Positions 8,618-17,628 of a DNA stretch of 64,000 nt are shown one piece after another. Made by a program: the position numbers and the translations under genes. The notes under the pieces were generated by a model. The model was not told where the DNA came from, searched no databases, and worked only from the letters and a program-made list of their open reading frames with translations. Each line of letters opens with the position of its first letter. Position 1 is the first letter of the stretch. Source of the stretch: Selenomonadaceae bacterium (GTDB lineage: Bacteria; Bacillota; Negativicutes; Selenomonadales; Selenomonadaceae); NCBI GenBank assembly GCA_017470715.1, contig JAFUYE010000119.1:7024-71023 (forward strand), written 5' to 3'.

Positions 8618-9901
8618 ATGCGAAAAATATTTTTGACGGCAATAATTTTCCTGCTGAGTTTTCAAACCTGCGCGGCGGTTTCGGACGAAGAATTTGACGC
8701 GGCGGAAATGCGATTCATGTGCGCGATATGTTCGTTCGGAGCTTACAGCGACGACAAAAGCGTTTGGCTTCGCTCGGCGTTGACCTCTCGCGGTTGTCAA
8801 GTCGAAAAATTGTCGCAAAGCACCAATCGTGCCGACGCAAAAGTTTTTCTGATAAGCAAGGACAACAAAAAAATTTTGACGATTGCGGGCACCGAGTCGT
8901 TCAAAGATATTGAAGTCGATTTCCGCACGGATCGTGTTCCGTTGAATTCCGACACGCCGATTCAAACCACCGGCAAAAAGGCGGGCGATGAAATTTTCGT
9001 GCACCGCGGTTTTCGCGATTATGCCGACGTGATTTTGAAAGACGGACTTATCGAACGTCTGAAAAATTCTCTTGAACAAAATCCCGACGAAACGCTTTAC
9101 TTGACGGGACACAGCTTGGGCGGTTCCGTGGCGACGATTATGGGAATTCGTCTAATCGAGGCGGGCGTTGACAAAAATCGTTTTAAAGTCATAACTTTCG
9201 CTGCTCCCGCAATCGGTTCGCGTGCTTTGGCGGACGAGTATAAGGACAAACTCGATTTAACCCGCGTCGTCATAAAAGGTGACATTATCGAATCCACCAC
9301 ACGCGCTTTGGGCTTTAAGGAATTCGGCAACGTGATTAAATGGGAGCCTGCCGGTTCAACCACTCAAAACGAACACAAAATGGCGGTTTACCTTGACTGT
9401 GCGATTCGTGATTATTATTCGGCGGGCGGCGATTTGCGCGAAGACATGCTGGAGCAAGTCAACGCGTCGATTTACGTTGCGCCGATTTTGATTGCCGAAA
9501 AACACTTCAAAAGTTCCGACGCGAAAATTATTGTGAACGTTCTCAACGACAGCATTTTGAATCATTTCGGGCACGCGATTTTGGCGAAACCGATGAGCAT
9601 TGACATCAACGAGAAAAAACTTTTCGAAGCGGATTTCGACGCGGAAATTGATTCGGCAGTTGCCGCCGCCAAAGAGTCGGGTTGCAAATTCATTGTGTTT
9701 CGGGTTCTGCACGCAAAAAAAATACGCGACTCTCGTTCGGGTGAACGACACGTCACGTTGGAAGAAACAGTTTTCAATGCCGACGGATTTCCGTTGTTGA
9801 TGCAAACTTCGGGTTCGTCGACGGCGAATTTAACTTTGATTGAGGCGGCTTTGAGCGCGCAGGAAGTTTTGAACGAAGCCGCAAAAGATACTTTCAAATA
9901 A
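8618..9901 (+). CDS. secreted class-3 lipase-like protein
   Basis: ATG at 8618 gives a signal peptide (MRKIFLTAIIFLLSFQTCAA). GHSLGG nucleophile elbow. TGA-c-ATG junction with the upstream gene. Confidence 0.75.
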   Translation: MRKIFLTAIIFLLSFQTCAAVSDEEFDAAEMRFMCAICSFGAYSDDKSVWLRSALTSRGCQVEKLSQSTNRADAKVFLISKDNKKILTIAGTESFKDIEVDFRTDRVPLNSDTPIQTTGKKAGDEIFVHRGFRDYADVILKDGLIERLKNSLEQNPDETLYLTGHSLGGSVATIMGIRLIEAGVDKNRFKVITFAAPAIGSRALADEYKDKLDLTRVVIKGDIIESTTRALGFKEFGNVIKWEPAGSTTQNEHKMAVYLDCAIRDYYSAGGDLREDMLEQVNASIYVAPILIAEKHFKSSDAKIIVNVLNDSILNHFGHAILAKPMSIDINEKKLFEADFDAEIDSAVAAAKESGCKFIVFRVLHAKKIRDSRSGERHVTLEETVFNADGFPLLMQTSGSSTANLTLIEAALSAQEVLNEAAKDTFK

Positions 9902-11153
9902 TGATTTTGTCGAAGACTTCGGCGACGGGAACCGTTTCCTGCGCGGAAGTCTCCAAATTTTTTACGGTGACGGTCGAGTTTGCAACTTCGTCGTCGCCGA
10001 CAATCAACGCGAATTTTGCACCGGATTTCGCCGCCTGTTTCATTTGGGCTTTCAAACTTTTTTTGCCGAAGTCCATAGCCGCAGAAAAATTTTTCCGACG
10101 TAAATCCGTCAACAATTTGAACGCGTAAACTTGAGCCGCCTCGCCGCTTGAAACGACGAACGCGGTAATTTTTTTTGTCGATTCGGGCAAAACTCTTTGC
10201 AACTCAAGCGCAAGCAAAATTCGTTCCAAGCCCGCCGCAAAACCGACAGCCGGAGTGTCGTCGCCGCCGATTTCGCGAATCAAGCCGTCGTAACGTCCGC
10301 CGCCCGCAACCGCAGATTGAGCACCCAACGGCGCGTATTGAATTTCAAAAGCGGTTTTCGTGTAATAATCCAGCCCGCGCACAAGTCGATTGTCCACCGT
10401 GAATTCAACGCCCGCCGCAGTCAGCAAATTTTTCACGCCCGAAAAATGTTCGCGGCAGTCGTCGCAAAGACAAGTTTCAATTTTCGGCGCGTCGTCCATG
10501 AATTCTTTGAGCCCGTCGATTTTGCAGTCGAGAATTCGCAGGGGATTTTTTTCCAAACGACGCCGACAATCTCCGCAAAGTTCGTCAGCTTCCGCCGTAA
10601 AAAATTCGGTGAGTTTGCGGCGGAAAATCGGTCGACACGCAGGACAACCGACGGTGTTAATTTTCAACTTCAAGTCGGTCAATCCCAAATCGCGCAGAAA
10701 ATTCCATGCCAACAAAATTATTTCCGCGTCGACGGCGGGATTTTTTTCGCCCAAAGCTTCGACGCCGAATTGATGAAATTCGCGAAGTCGTCCCGCCTGC
10801 GGTCTGTCGTAGCGGAACATTGAGCCGATATAAAAAAGTTTCACCAAGCCCGCGTTGGCGTAAAGTTTGTTCTGCAGATAAGCGCGAACGACCGACGCCG
10901 TGTTTTCGGGTCGCAACGTAATCGAGCGGTTGCCTCGGTCGGTGAAAGTGTACATTTCCTTATCGACAACGTCCGTGCCTTCGCCGATGCCGCGTTGAAA
11001 AAGTTCCGTGTGCTCAAAAGTCGGCGTGCGAATTTCTTCGTAACCGTACAGTGCGCAAAGTTCGCGGATTTTTTTTTCGAGCAACTGCCAGCCCGCGATT
11101 TGTTCGGGCAAAATATCTTTCGTGCCTCTCGGTGCATTCGTCAGCAAAGTCAT
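9894..11153 (-). CDS. hisS: histidine--tRNA ligase
   Basis: 419 aa; class II HisRS motifs RPENTASVVR, FRYDRPQAGRLREFHQ, GGGRYD. Confidence 0.93.
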   Translation of the reverse strand: MTLLTNAPRGTKDILPEQIAGWQLLEKKIRELCALYGYEEIRTPTFEHTELFQRGIGEGTDVVDKEMYTFTDRGNRSITLRPENTASVVRAYLQNKLYANAGLVKLFYIGSMFRYDRPQAGRLREFHQFGVEALGEKNPAVDAEIILLAWNFLRDLGLTDLKLKINTVGCPACRPIFRRKLTEFFTAEADELCGDCRRRLEKNPLRILDCKIDGLKEFMDDAPKIETCLCDDCREHFSGVKNLLTAAGVEFTVDNRLVRGLDYYTKTAFEIQYAPLGAQSAVAGGGRYDGLIREIGGDDTPAVGFAAGLERILLALELQRVLPESTKKITAFVVSSGEAAQVYAFKLLTDLRRKNFSAAMDFGKKSLKAQMKQAAKSGAKFALIVGDDEVANSTVTVKNLETSAQETVPVAEVFDKIII

Positions 11154-11159
11154 ACCTCC

Positions 11160-11933
11160 TCAGATTTTCAATTCGGCGACGGCAAAAAGTACCGCGTTGC
11201 CTGAAATTTTTACACGTTCGCCCGCAACTTCGCAATGCAAAATTCCGCCGCGTTGTGACGCTTGACGTGCAAAAATTTTTGTCTTGCCAAGTTTGTTCGC
11301 CCAATACGGCGCGATTAAACAATGCGTCGAACCGGTCACGGGGTCTTCGGGAACTTTTATTTTCGGCGCGAAGACACGCGACACGCAATCGAAATTTTCA
11401 CCGGCGGCAGTCACGGCTTGCGTCAATCCGTCAAGTTTGCTCAACTTATTCATGTCGGGCGAAAGTTTTTCGACAGTTTCCGCAGAATCCAAAACCATCA
11501 ACAAATCGCGGGCGATATACGCTTCCGAAACCTGCGCGTTGACGGCTTCGCACATTTCGGCTGTTACGGGAATTTTTTTCGGCACATACGCGGGAAAATT
11601 CATCTCGAAAAAATTTCCGTGACGTTCGACGAAAAATTTTCCGCTCAACGTGTCGAAAGTTACTGCGGACAAGTTTCTGTCAATCTGCGTCATGAGCACG
11701 AACGCGGTCGCAAGTGTGGCGTGTCCGCAAAAATTCACTTCGGCGGCGGGCGTAAACCAACGCAAACGAAAAATTTCACCGTCGCGCATGACGAAAGCCG
11801 TTTCGGAAAAATTATTTTCCATTGCAATATTCTGCATTAAATCTTCGGGCGGAAAATTTTCGACGACGCAAACCGCCGCAGGATTTCCGCCGAAAATTTT
11901 TTCCGTGAAGGCGTCAACAATAAATTGTTTCAT
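11160..11933 (-). CDS. PhzF-family isomerase
   Basis: MKQFIVDAFTEKIFGGNPAAVCV N-terminus. GGGAG SD before the ATG at 11933. Confidence 0.8.
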   Translation of the reverse strand: MKQFIVDAFTEKIFGGNPAAVCVVENFPPEDLMQNIAMENNFSETAFVMRDGEIFRLRWFTPAAEVNFCGHATLATAFVLMTQIDRNLSAVTFDTLSGKFFVERHGNFFEMNFPAYVPKKIPVTAEMCEAVNAQVSEAYIARDLLMVLDSAETVEKLSPDMNKLSKLDGLTQAVTAAGENFDCVSRVFAPKIKVPEDPVTGSTHCLIAPYWANKLGKTKIFARQASQRGGILHCEVAGERVKISGNAVLFAVAELKI

Positions 11934-11947
11934 GTAAAAATCTCCCG

Positions 11948-13000
11948 TCAAACAAATTTCAGTCGCCGCAATTCGTTGAGCAAAACTTCAACCTCGTTAT
12001 CTTTGGTCGCCCAGCTTGTCGCCAAACGAACGACAACTTTGTCGGGCGGAAGTTTTTCCCACGTGCGGAATGCTATGTGCTCGGAAAGTTTTCGTGCCTG
12101 CGTTTCGGTCATCGTGACGAAAATTAAATTCGTCGGCGTGTCAACGTAAAGTTCAAAGCCCTGTTTTTTGATTTCGTCGCGAATCTTGTCCGCCGTGTCG
12201 ATTGCCCGTCGCCCGATTTTCATATACAGATCGTCCGTGAACAGCGTATAAAATTGCACGCCGAGAATTCGTCCTTTGGCAAGTAACGCGCCGTGTTGGC
12301 GGATAATCGTCGTGAAATGCGGGATAAGATTTTTCCGCGTAACAACAGCTTCACCGAAAAACGCGCCGCATTTCGTGCCGCCGATTGTAAACGCGTCCGC
12401 AAGTTCGCAAAGATTTTTCAAGGTGACATTGTTTCGCGGATAAGCCAACGCGTAGGCAAGTCGTGCCCCGTCGACGTAAAGCGCAAGATTTTTTTCGCGG
12501 CAAACGGTGCTGAGTTTTCGCAATTCCTCAAGCGTGTACAACGTGCCGTATTCCGTCGGTTGCGAAATATAAACCATGCCCGGAACCGACATATGTTCAT
12601 GCAGTTCGTTGGCGTAAAAATCTTCGACGAAAAGTTTCACGTCGCCCGCCAAAATTTTTCCGTCAACGTGCGGGAGCGTCAAAACTTTGTGCCCCGTGGC
12701 TTCGATTGCGCCCGCTTCGCGAAAGTTGATGTGTCCGCTGTCCGCCGCGATAACACCTTCGTAAGATTTCAAAAGCGCGCTGATGACGACGAAATTTGCC
12801 TGAGTGCCGCCGACCATAAAAGAAATATCGGCTTCGGAAGTTTTGCACGCGTCGCGAATTTTTTTGCGTGCCGCCTCGGAAAATTCGTCTTGCCCGAAAC
12901 CGGCAGTTTTCAGCAGATTTGTTCGGTTGAGATTTGAAATAATCGTGTGGTGTGCGCCTTCCTCGTAATCAGACGCGAAAGAAGTTTTTTTCTCGTTCAT
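11948..13000 (-). CDS. threonine aldolase / beta-eliminating lyase family PLP enzyme
   Basis: GGTQANFVV, LALYVDGARL and FTIGGTKCG (PLP lysine) resemble LtaE-type enzymes. Confidence 0.75.
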   Translation of the reverse strand: MNEKKTSFASDYEEGAHHTIISNLNRTNLLKTAGFGQDEFSEAARKKIRDACKTSEADISFMVGGTQANFVVISALLKSYEGVIAADSGHINFREAGAIEATGHKVLTLPHVDGKILAGDVKLFVEDFYANELHEHMSVPGMVYISQPTEYGTLYTLEELRKLSTVCREKNLALYVDGARLAYALAYPRNNVTLKNLCELADAFTIGGTKCGAFFGEAVVTRKNLIPHFTTIIRQHGALLAKGRILGVQFYTLFTDDLYMKIGRRAIDTADKIRDEIKKQGFELYVDTPTNLIFVTMTETQARKLSEHIAFRTWEKLPPDKVVVRLATSWATKDNEVEVLLNELRRLKFV

Positions 13001-13857
13001 GTCGGTTCACCTGTAAGAATTTTTTTAAACACTTCAAAGTTGGTAAGTTCTTGCGGGCGACAATAAATCGCGAAAACAATTTCCTTAAAGTAACCGTCGA
13101 ATTCGGGCAGAATTTTTTTGTAAGCGCGGGCGACGACTTCGGGATTGTTGCTGAACGCGCCGCAACCGAATGCGCCCGTCACGAAAATTTCTGCACCGTT
13201 GTGAGCGACAACCGTAAACATGTGGCGAAGTCGTTTTTCCTGCAACGCAAAAAGTTCCTCGTCGGAAATCTGCGCGGGATTTGCGTGACCGGGATTGTAA
13301 GCGTTATTCGGACGTTCCCGCAAATTTGGCGCGGCAATCGTGATAACGTCGACTGTGTCCCATTTGTCACGCGGCAGGCGCGCAGGTTTGTCAACGTCGC
13401 TTTTGCAGATGATAATTTCGGGCGTGTAAATGCAGGCGTCGTCGTAAAGCGAATCGGCACGTTCGCGATTGACTTTGTAATAGCGTCGAAAATTTTCGTC
13501 GGTGTTGAGCGCGGGATAGAGCGTCGAACAACGGCAAAGAGCTTCCTCCTGCGCACGCGAACCGTGTTTGACGCCGCCGCCGGGGTTTGTCGCCGATGCG
13601 AAATTGTGAACTGCGATTCGCGCTTCCAAATGTTTTCGCTGAGCGGAAACGGCTGCCTCGAACGAACGCTTGCGAACGACCGTCACGGCTGTTTTTTTGA
13701 ATTTTTTCGCGGGCAACGACGGATAATCTTGTGCGCCGTAAAATTTCGTGCCTGTAATCGACGTGCGTACCGCCTCGCGCAGAAATTCATCTGTCGTGTA
13801 AAATTTTTCCGTGTCGAAAAAAATATCAACCAAATTGTCTTTGCTCACGTAAGCCAT
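12997..13857 (-). CDS. bacterial-type poly(ADP-ribose) glycohydrolase-like macrodomain protein (DUF2263/TIGR02452)
   Basis: PARG signature GGG-X7-QEE (NPGGGVKHGSRAQEE). GGAGGT SD 7 nt before the ATG at 13857. Confidence 0.75.
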   Translation of the reverse strand: MAYVSKDNLVDIFFDTEKFYTTDEFLREAVRTSITGTKFYGAQDYPSLPAKKFKKTAVTVVRKRSFEAAVSAQRKHLEARIAVHNFASATNPGGGVKHGSRAQEEALCRCSTLYPALNTDENFRRYYKVNRERADSLYDDACIYTPEIIICKSDVDKPARLPRDKWDTVDVITIAAPNLRERPNNAYNPGHANPAQISDEELFALQEKRLRHMFTVVAHNGAEIFVTGAFGCGAFSNNPEVVARAYKKILPEFDGYFKEIVFAIYCRPQELTNFEVFKKILTGEPT

Positions 13858-15421
13858 CAATGTTACCTCCGTTCTCGGCAATTTCGGGCGGGCTGTCGAC
13901 GGGTTGATAAACCGCCGCAAGAGCCGCCTCGCGTCTCGCAATGTACCTGTCCACGTCGCGCATGTAAGTCAATAAATCTTTGGCGTTAAAGGCGGTATGC
14001 AGGAAAACTTCTTTTTGATCGGGCACTTTCGTCGACGCTGCCGAACCGACGCCCAAAATCGTTTGACGTTCGCCGATAATCTGCACGTTGTAAAGTCCCG
14101 CGCCGCCTTTGTGACACCAGCCGACATTTTCAATTTGCCCGCTCATGGAACTTTGTCGGTAAAGATAGTACGGCAAATAATTTTCGTCACGCAAAACTTT
14201 ATCCGCGAACGTCGCCATTTTTTGAACTTCGTTGTCGGCGGGCAAGCGAAAATCTTCCGGCGTGTTTATTTCATCCGCCAAAAGTTTTTGTATCGTCGAG
14301 CCGCGTTTAATCGCCAGCGCGTGCAAAGTTATATCGTCGGGCTTGAGCGACAAAACTTTTTGCAAACTGTCTTTGAAGTCCGCAAAATTTTCGCCGGGCA
14401 AGCCCAAAATTAAATCCGTGTTGATGAGCCAATCGCCCGAATTTCGCAGTTCGTTAAAAACTCGCGTGACATCTTCGACGGTGTGAGCGCGTCCGACAAG
14501 GTCAAGCGTGCGTTGTTGCATTGTCTGGGGATTGACGCTGACACGCGTGACGCGAAATTTTTTCAACGCGGAAATTTTTTCGGCGGTAATCGTATCGGGT
14601 CGCCCGCATTCGACGGTAAATTCTTCAACGTCGTCCGTGTGAAAATTGTCGAAAACTTTGGCAAGCATTTCCGCAAAAAATTTTTCGGGCAACGCAGTCG
14701 GTGTGCCGCCGCCGATATAAATCGTCTGAACTTTCAGCCCGTAACGTTTAATCGAATTCGCCGCCGCTTCAATGTCGCGTGTCAAAACTTTCATGAAGTC
14801 CGCAACTTTTTCGTCCGACGGCAACACGAACGACGGGAACGAGCAATACAGGCAACGCGTCCTGCAAAACGGAATTCCGACGTAAACGCCGACGGTTTTC
14901 GCGTCGCACTTGATTAGCGGCAGTTGACGGGTCGCAACTTCGGTCAATAATGCGGCTTTGTCCAAGTCCGTCAAAAAATCCTTGCAAAGTCGTCGCGAAA
15001 TTTTGTCGCGGTCAATGACGCCGTGACTTGTTATGCCGAAACCCGAATCAAGCCAGCGTTGAATAATTTTCGTGGGACGCACGCCGAATAAAATTCCGTA
15101 AGGCACCGTGTCGAGCCCGAAGTTGTCGACGAGCAAGACATAAAGATTTTTTTTGACGAGACGATTTATTTCCGCGCCGAGTCTTTCGTCACGACGAGCC
15201 ACGGAAATTGTGCGGAAAAATTTTGTCGAGCCGCCGATGACGATTTTTATTCGCGTGATGACTTTGTCGCCGAAAACTTCATTAAAAATTTCCAGCGCGT
15301 CCAAATCCGCCGATTCGTTCGCACGTGCCTGAACGACGTTGAGCGAATTGAGAACTTCGACGATAATTTTTTCAAAGTCACCGCCGCCGAGGAGTTTCAA
15401 AACTTTAAACGTGACACGCAA
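13826..15421 (-). CDS. HemN/HemZ-like radical SAM protein (oxygen-independent coproporphyrinogen oxidase family)
   Basis: CxxxCxxC (CRTRCLYC) radical-SAM cluster motif. ~530 aa with an N-terminal extension as in HemZ. TTG start with a GGGGAGG SD. Confidence 0.8.
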   Translation of the reverse strand: MRVTFKVLKLLGGGDFEKIIVEVLNSLNVVQARANESADLDALEIFNEVFGDKVITRIKIVIGGSTKFFRTISVARRDERLGAEINRLVKKNLYVLLVDNFGLDTVPYGILFGVRPTKIIQRWLDSGFGITSHGVIDRDKISRRLCKDFLTDLDKAALLTEVATRQLPLIKCDAKTVGVYVGIPFCRTRCLYCSFPSFVLPSDEKVADFMKVLTRDIEAAANSIKRYGLKVQTIYIGGGTPTALPEKFFAEMLAKVFDNFHTDDVEEFTVECGRPDTITAEKISALKKFRVTRVSVNPQTMQQRTLDLVGRAHTVEDVTRVFNELRNSGDWLINTDLILGLPGENFADFKDSLQKVLSLKPDDITLHALAIKRGSTIQKLLADEINTPEDFRLPADNEVQKMATFADKVLRDENYLPYYLYRQSSMSGQIENVGWCHKGGAGLYNVQIIGERQTILGVGSAASTKVPDQKEVFLHTAFNAKDLLTYMRDVDRYIARREAALAAVYQPVDSPPEIAENGGNIDGLREQRQFG

Positions 15422-15439
15422 AAAAATCGCCTCCCCGTG

Positions 15440-15898
15440 TCAAGCGTTCTTTTGGCAGTCCTTGCAGTAGCCGAAAAATTTCACTTCGTGGTTGAGAATT
15501 TGGAAGCCGGATTTTTTTGAAATTGTCGCCTCCAAATCGTCAAGCAAGTCCTCTTCAAACTCGATAACTTTTTTGCACTTCACGCAAATCAAATGGTGGT
15601 GGTGATGAACGTTCGGGTCGGCGGTGTTGAGTTCGTAGCGTGCGCAACCGTCGCCGAAGTCGATTTTTACGAGGATGCCCAATTCGCTGAGCAAATCCAA
15701 GGCACGATACACCGTCGCCAAACCGATTTCCGAATCTTGTTCCCGCAAAATGTTGTAAACGTCTTCCGCGCTCAAATGTTCGGGGTGCTCAACAAAAATT
15801 TGCAGAATTTGCTTGCGTTGCGGCGTCATTTTATAACCGCGTTCGTACAATTTCCCGCGCAGGTCTTGCAGGGCAAACAGTTGATGATTTTCGCTCAT
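15440..15898 (-). CDS. Fur-family metalloregulator
   Basis: wHTH N-domain; HHHHLICVKCKK...CKDC metal sites. SD GGAGGG before the ATG at 15898. Confidence 0.85.
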   Translation of the reverse strand: MSENHQLFALQDLRGKLYERGYKMTPQRKQILQIFVEHPEHLSAEDVYNILREQDSEIGLATVYRALDLLSELGILVKIDFGDGCARYELNTADPNVHHHHHLICVKCKKVIEFEEDLLDDLEATISKKSGFQILNHEVKFFGYCKDCQKNA

Positions 15899-15943
15899 GG
15901 AAATTCCCTCCAAAAGTTTATGTCGCGCCGATTATAACAAATT

Positions 15944-15976
15944 AAGGGGCAAGGGAAAAGGGACAAGGGACAAGTT
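15944..15976. repeat. heptamer array (AAGGGRM)x4
   Basis: AAGGGGC AAGGGAA AAGGGAC AAGGGAC, upstream of the fur-family gene. Confidence 0.85.
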
Positions 15977-15998
15977 GTGATGCCGCAAAAAAATTCCC

Positions 15999-16080
15999 CG
16001 GTTACTTTTAAAAAGTAACCAAACAGTTGACGCGATTAATTTACCGACAACCGAAATTTTATTTCCGCGCCGTGACGTTT
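15999..16080 (+). repeat. TTTTAAAA-palindrome element, copy A
   Basis: CCGGTTACTTTTAAAAAGTAACC + AAACAGTTGACGCGA ... CCGCGCCGTGACGTT. Flanked by 17-bp direct repeats CGCAAAAAAATTCCCCG. Confidence 0.75.
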
Positions 16081-16085
16081 TCGCA

Positions 16086-16111
16086 AAAAAATTCCCCGTG
16101 CGTGACGGGGA
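16086..16111 (-). terminator. intrinsic terminator after recO
   Basis: Minus strand reads CCCCGTCACGCACGGGG followed by AATTTTTTT. Confidence 0.6.
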
Positions 16112-16124
16112 GTTTGTCAAAGTT

Positions 16125-16865
16125 TCAGATTAAAAATTCGCGAATAAATTGCGCTGATTTTAAGCCGCTGCCCAAAATCGAATGCAGGTAATCGATAAAA
16201 AAATTTTCCGCCGCGTTCAGTTGTTTTGAGTTGAAAAATAATTTCGTGTCGTCGCGCCAATCAAAGCCGAGCATCGTTTCAAAAGTTTTGCGCAAACCTT
16301 CCGAATACGGACGACATTCCGTAACGAAATCGACGCAATTTTTACAGACAGCCCCGCCGTCAATCAAACTAATCGCCGCGTCGCCGACAATTTTTTTTCC
16401 GCAGTGAACGCAACGTTCAAAATTTAATTGCACGCCGCTTGTCTCCAAAAATTGGCACGCACCGATTAACGCAATAATTTTCGGCGTCCGTGAATTCAGC
16501 GCGGGCAAAGATTTTTTCAGCAAGTCGAAAGTTTCCGGCTCAACCTGTCGCGGCAAAGTCATGCGGTTGACAATTTCAAACAGTAATGACGCGTAAGCCA
16601 GCCGATTTAAATCTTTCGTCAAGGCGTCATAAAAATGCAAAACGTCCGCTTCGCGAAGTGTGTCGACCTGCGCGCCGCGTGAAAGTTCCGCCGAAATGTG
16701 ATTGAACATTTGCGTTGCGCCCGAAAGAGGACTGCGCGAACGTCGACAGCCGTAAGCGTTGACTTCGAGCTTGCCGAATTCTTTCGTAAAGAGCGTGACG
16801 ACCCGATTTGCGTCGCCGAAATCGTCCGTCTTCAACACAATGGCTTCAACTGTGAACGTTTCCAT
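16125..16865 (-). CDS. recO: DNA repair protein RecO
   Basis: N-terminal OB-fold region (METFTVEAIVLKTDDFGDANRVVTLFT) and a C-terminal CxxC...CxxC zinc motif. Confidence 0.85.
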   Translation of the reverse strand: METFTVEAIVLKTDDFGDANRVVTLFTKEFGKLEVNAYGCRRSRSPLSGATQMFNHISAELSRGAQVDTLREADVLHFYDALTKDLNRLAYASLLFEIVNRMTLPRQVEPETFDLLKKSLPALNSRTPKIIALIGACQFLETSGVQLNFERCVHCGKKIVGDAAISLIDGGAVCKNCVDFVTECRPYSEGLRKTFETMLGFDWRDDTKLFFNSKQLNAAENFFIDYLHSILGSGLKSAQFIREFLI

Positions 16866-17496
16866 TTTTAGCCAACTTTTCAAATTCTGCGGGGATTGTG
16901 CCGCCGGGTGCCGTGATTGTGCCTGCCGTCAAAATAAATTGCAACGCGTCCTGCGGCAACATGTTCAGCGGGATAACGTCCGACTTCTTGACGAAAAAAT
17001 TCATGCCCGCCGTCATGTTCATGCTCCACGGCATGTAAACGCAAACATAATCGTCGCCGAGTCGTTGTTTGACCGCTTCGGGCACGGTGAGCAACAAAAA
17101 TCCGATGACGTAACTTTGATTGTACGGGACGAGCACGACGCTTTTAAACATTGTGTCGGACTGCAACACGGCTTTGGAAACTTGCTTGACCGATTTATAA
17201 ATGACTTTGACGACGGGGATTTTATTCAGCAGTGATTCAAAAAAGCCGAGAATTTTTTTCGAGAAATAATTTCCACTCAGCACGCCGACAATCCAAATCG
17301 CCACGAGGACAAGCAACAATCCCAGACCGGGAAATTTCACGGGCATGTATCGACTGATAAGCCGTTCCGTCAAATCGAACAGCCACACGACGACGAAAAC
17401 CGTTATCGCGGGCGGAATGACAATCAACAGCCCTTTGAAAAAACTGCTGGAAATTTGTTCGGTGAACGACTTCGGTTTGTCTTTATCTTCAGCCAA
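16846..17496 (-). CDS. DUF502 membrane protein
   Basis: Two N-terminal TM helices plus the conserved IPVVKVIYKSVKQV segment. TTG start. Confidence 0.7.
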   Translation of the reverse strand: MAEDKDKPKSFTEQISSSFFKGLLIVIPPAITVFVVVWLFDLTERLISRYMPVKFPGLGLLLVLVAIWIVGVLSGNYFSKKILGFFESLLNKIPVVKVIYKSVKQVSKAVLQSDTMFKSVVLVPYNQSYVIGFLLLTVPEAVKQRLGDDYVCVYMPWSMNMTAGMNFFVKKSDVIPLNMLPQDALQFILTAGTITAPGGTIPAEFEKLAKNGNVHS

Positions 17497-17525
17497 AAGT
17501 TAAACCTTCTCTCAAAACTTATTTA

Positions 17526-17602
17526 ACGTCACGGCGCGGCGATAACGTTTGAAAAAATTTCGGATGCGTCGCGACAATTGTTCCCCCGCTTTTAAAGCGG
17601 GT
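17526..17602 (-). repeat. TTTTAAAA-palindrome element, copy B
   Basis: Minus strand ACCCGCTTTAAAAGCGGGGGAACAATTGTCGCGA ... CGCCGCGCCGTGAC. Flanked by diverged copies of the DUF502 gene 5' end. Confidence 0.7.
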
Positions 17603-17628
17603 CGGTGAACGATTTCGGCTTGTCGTTG

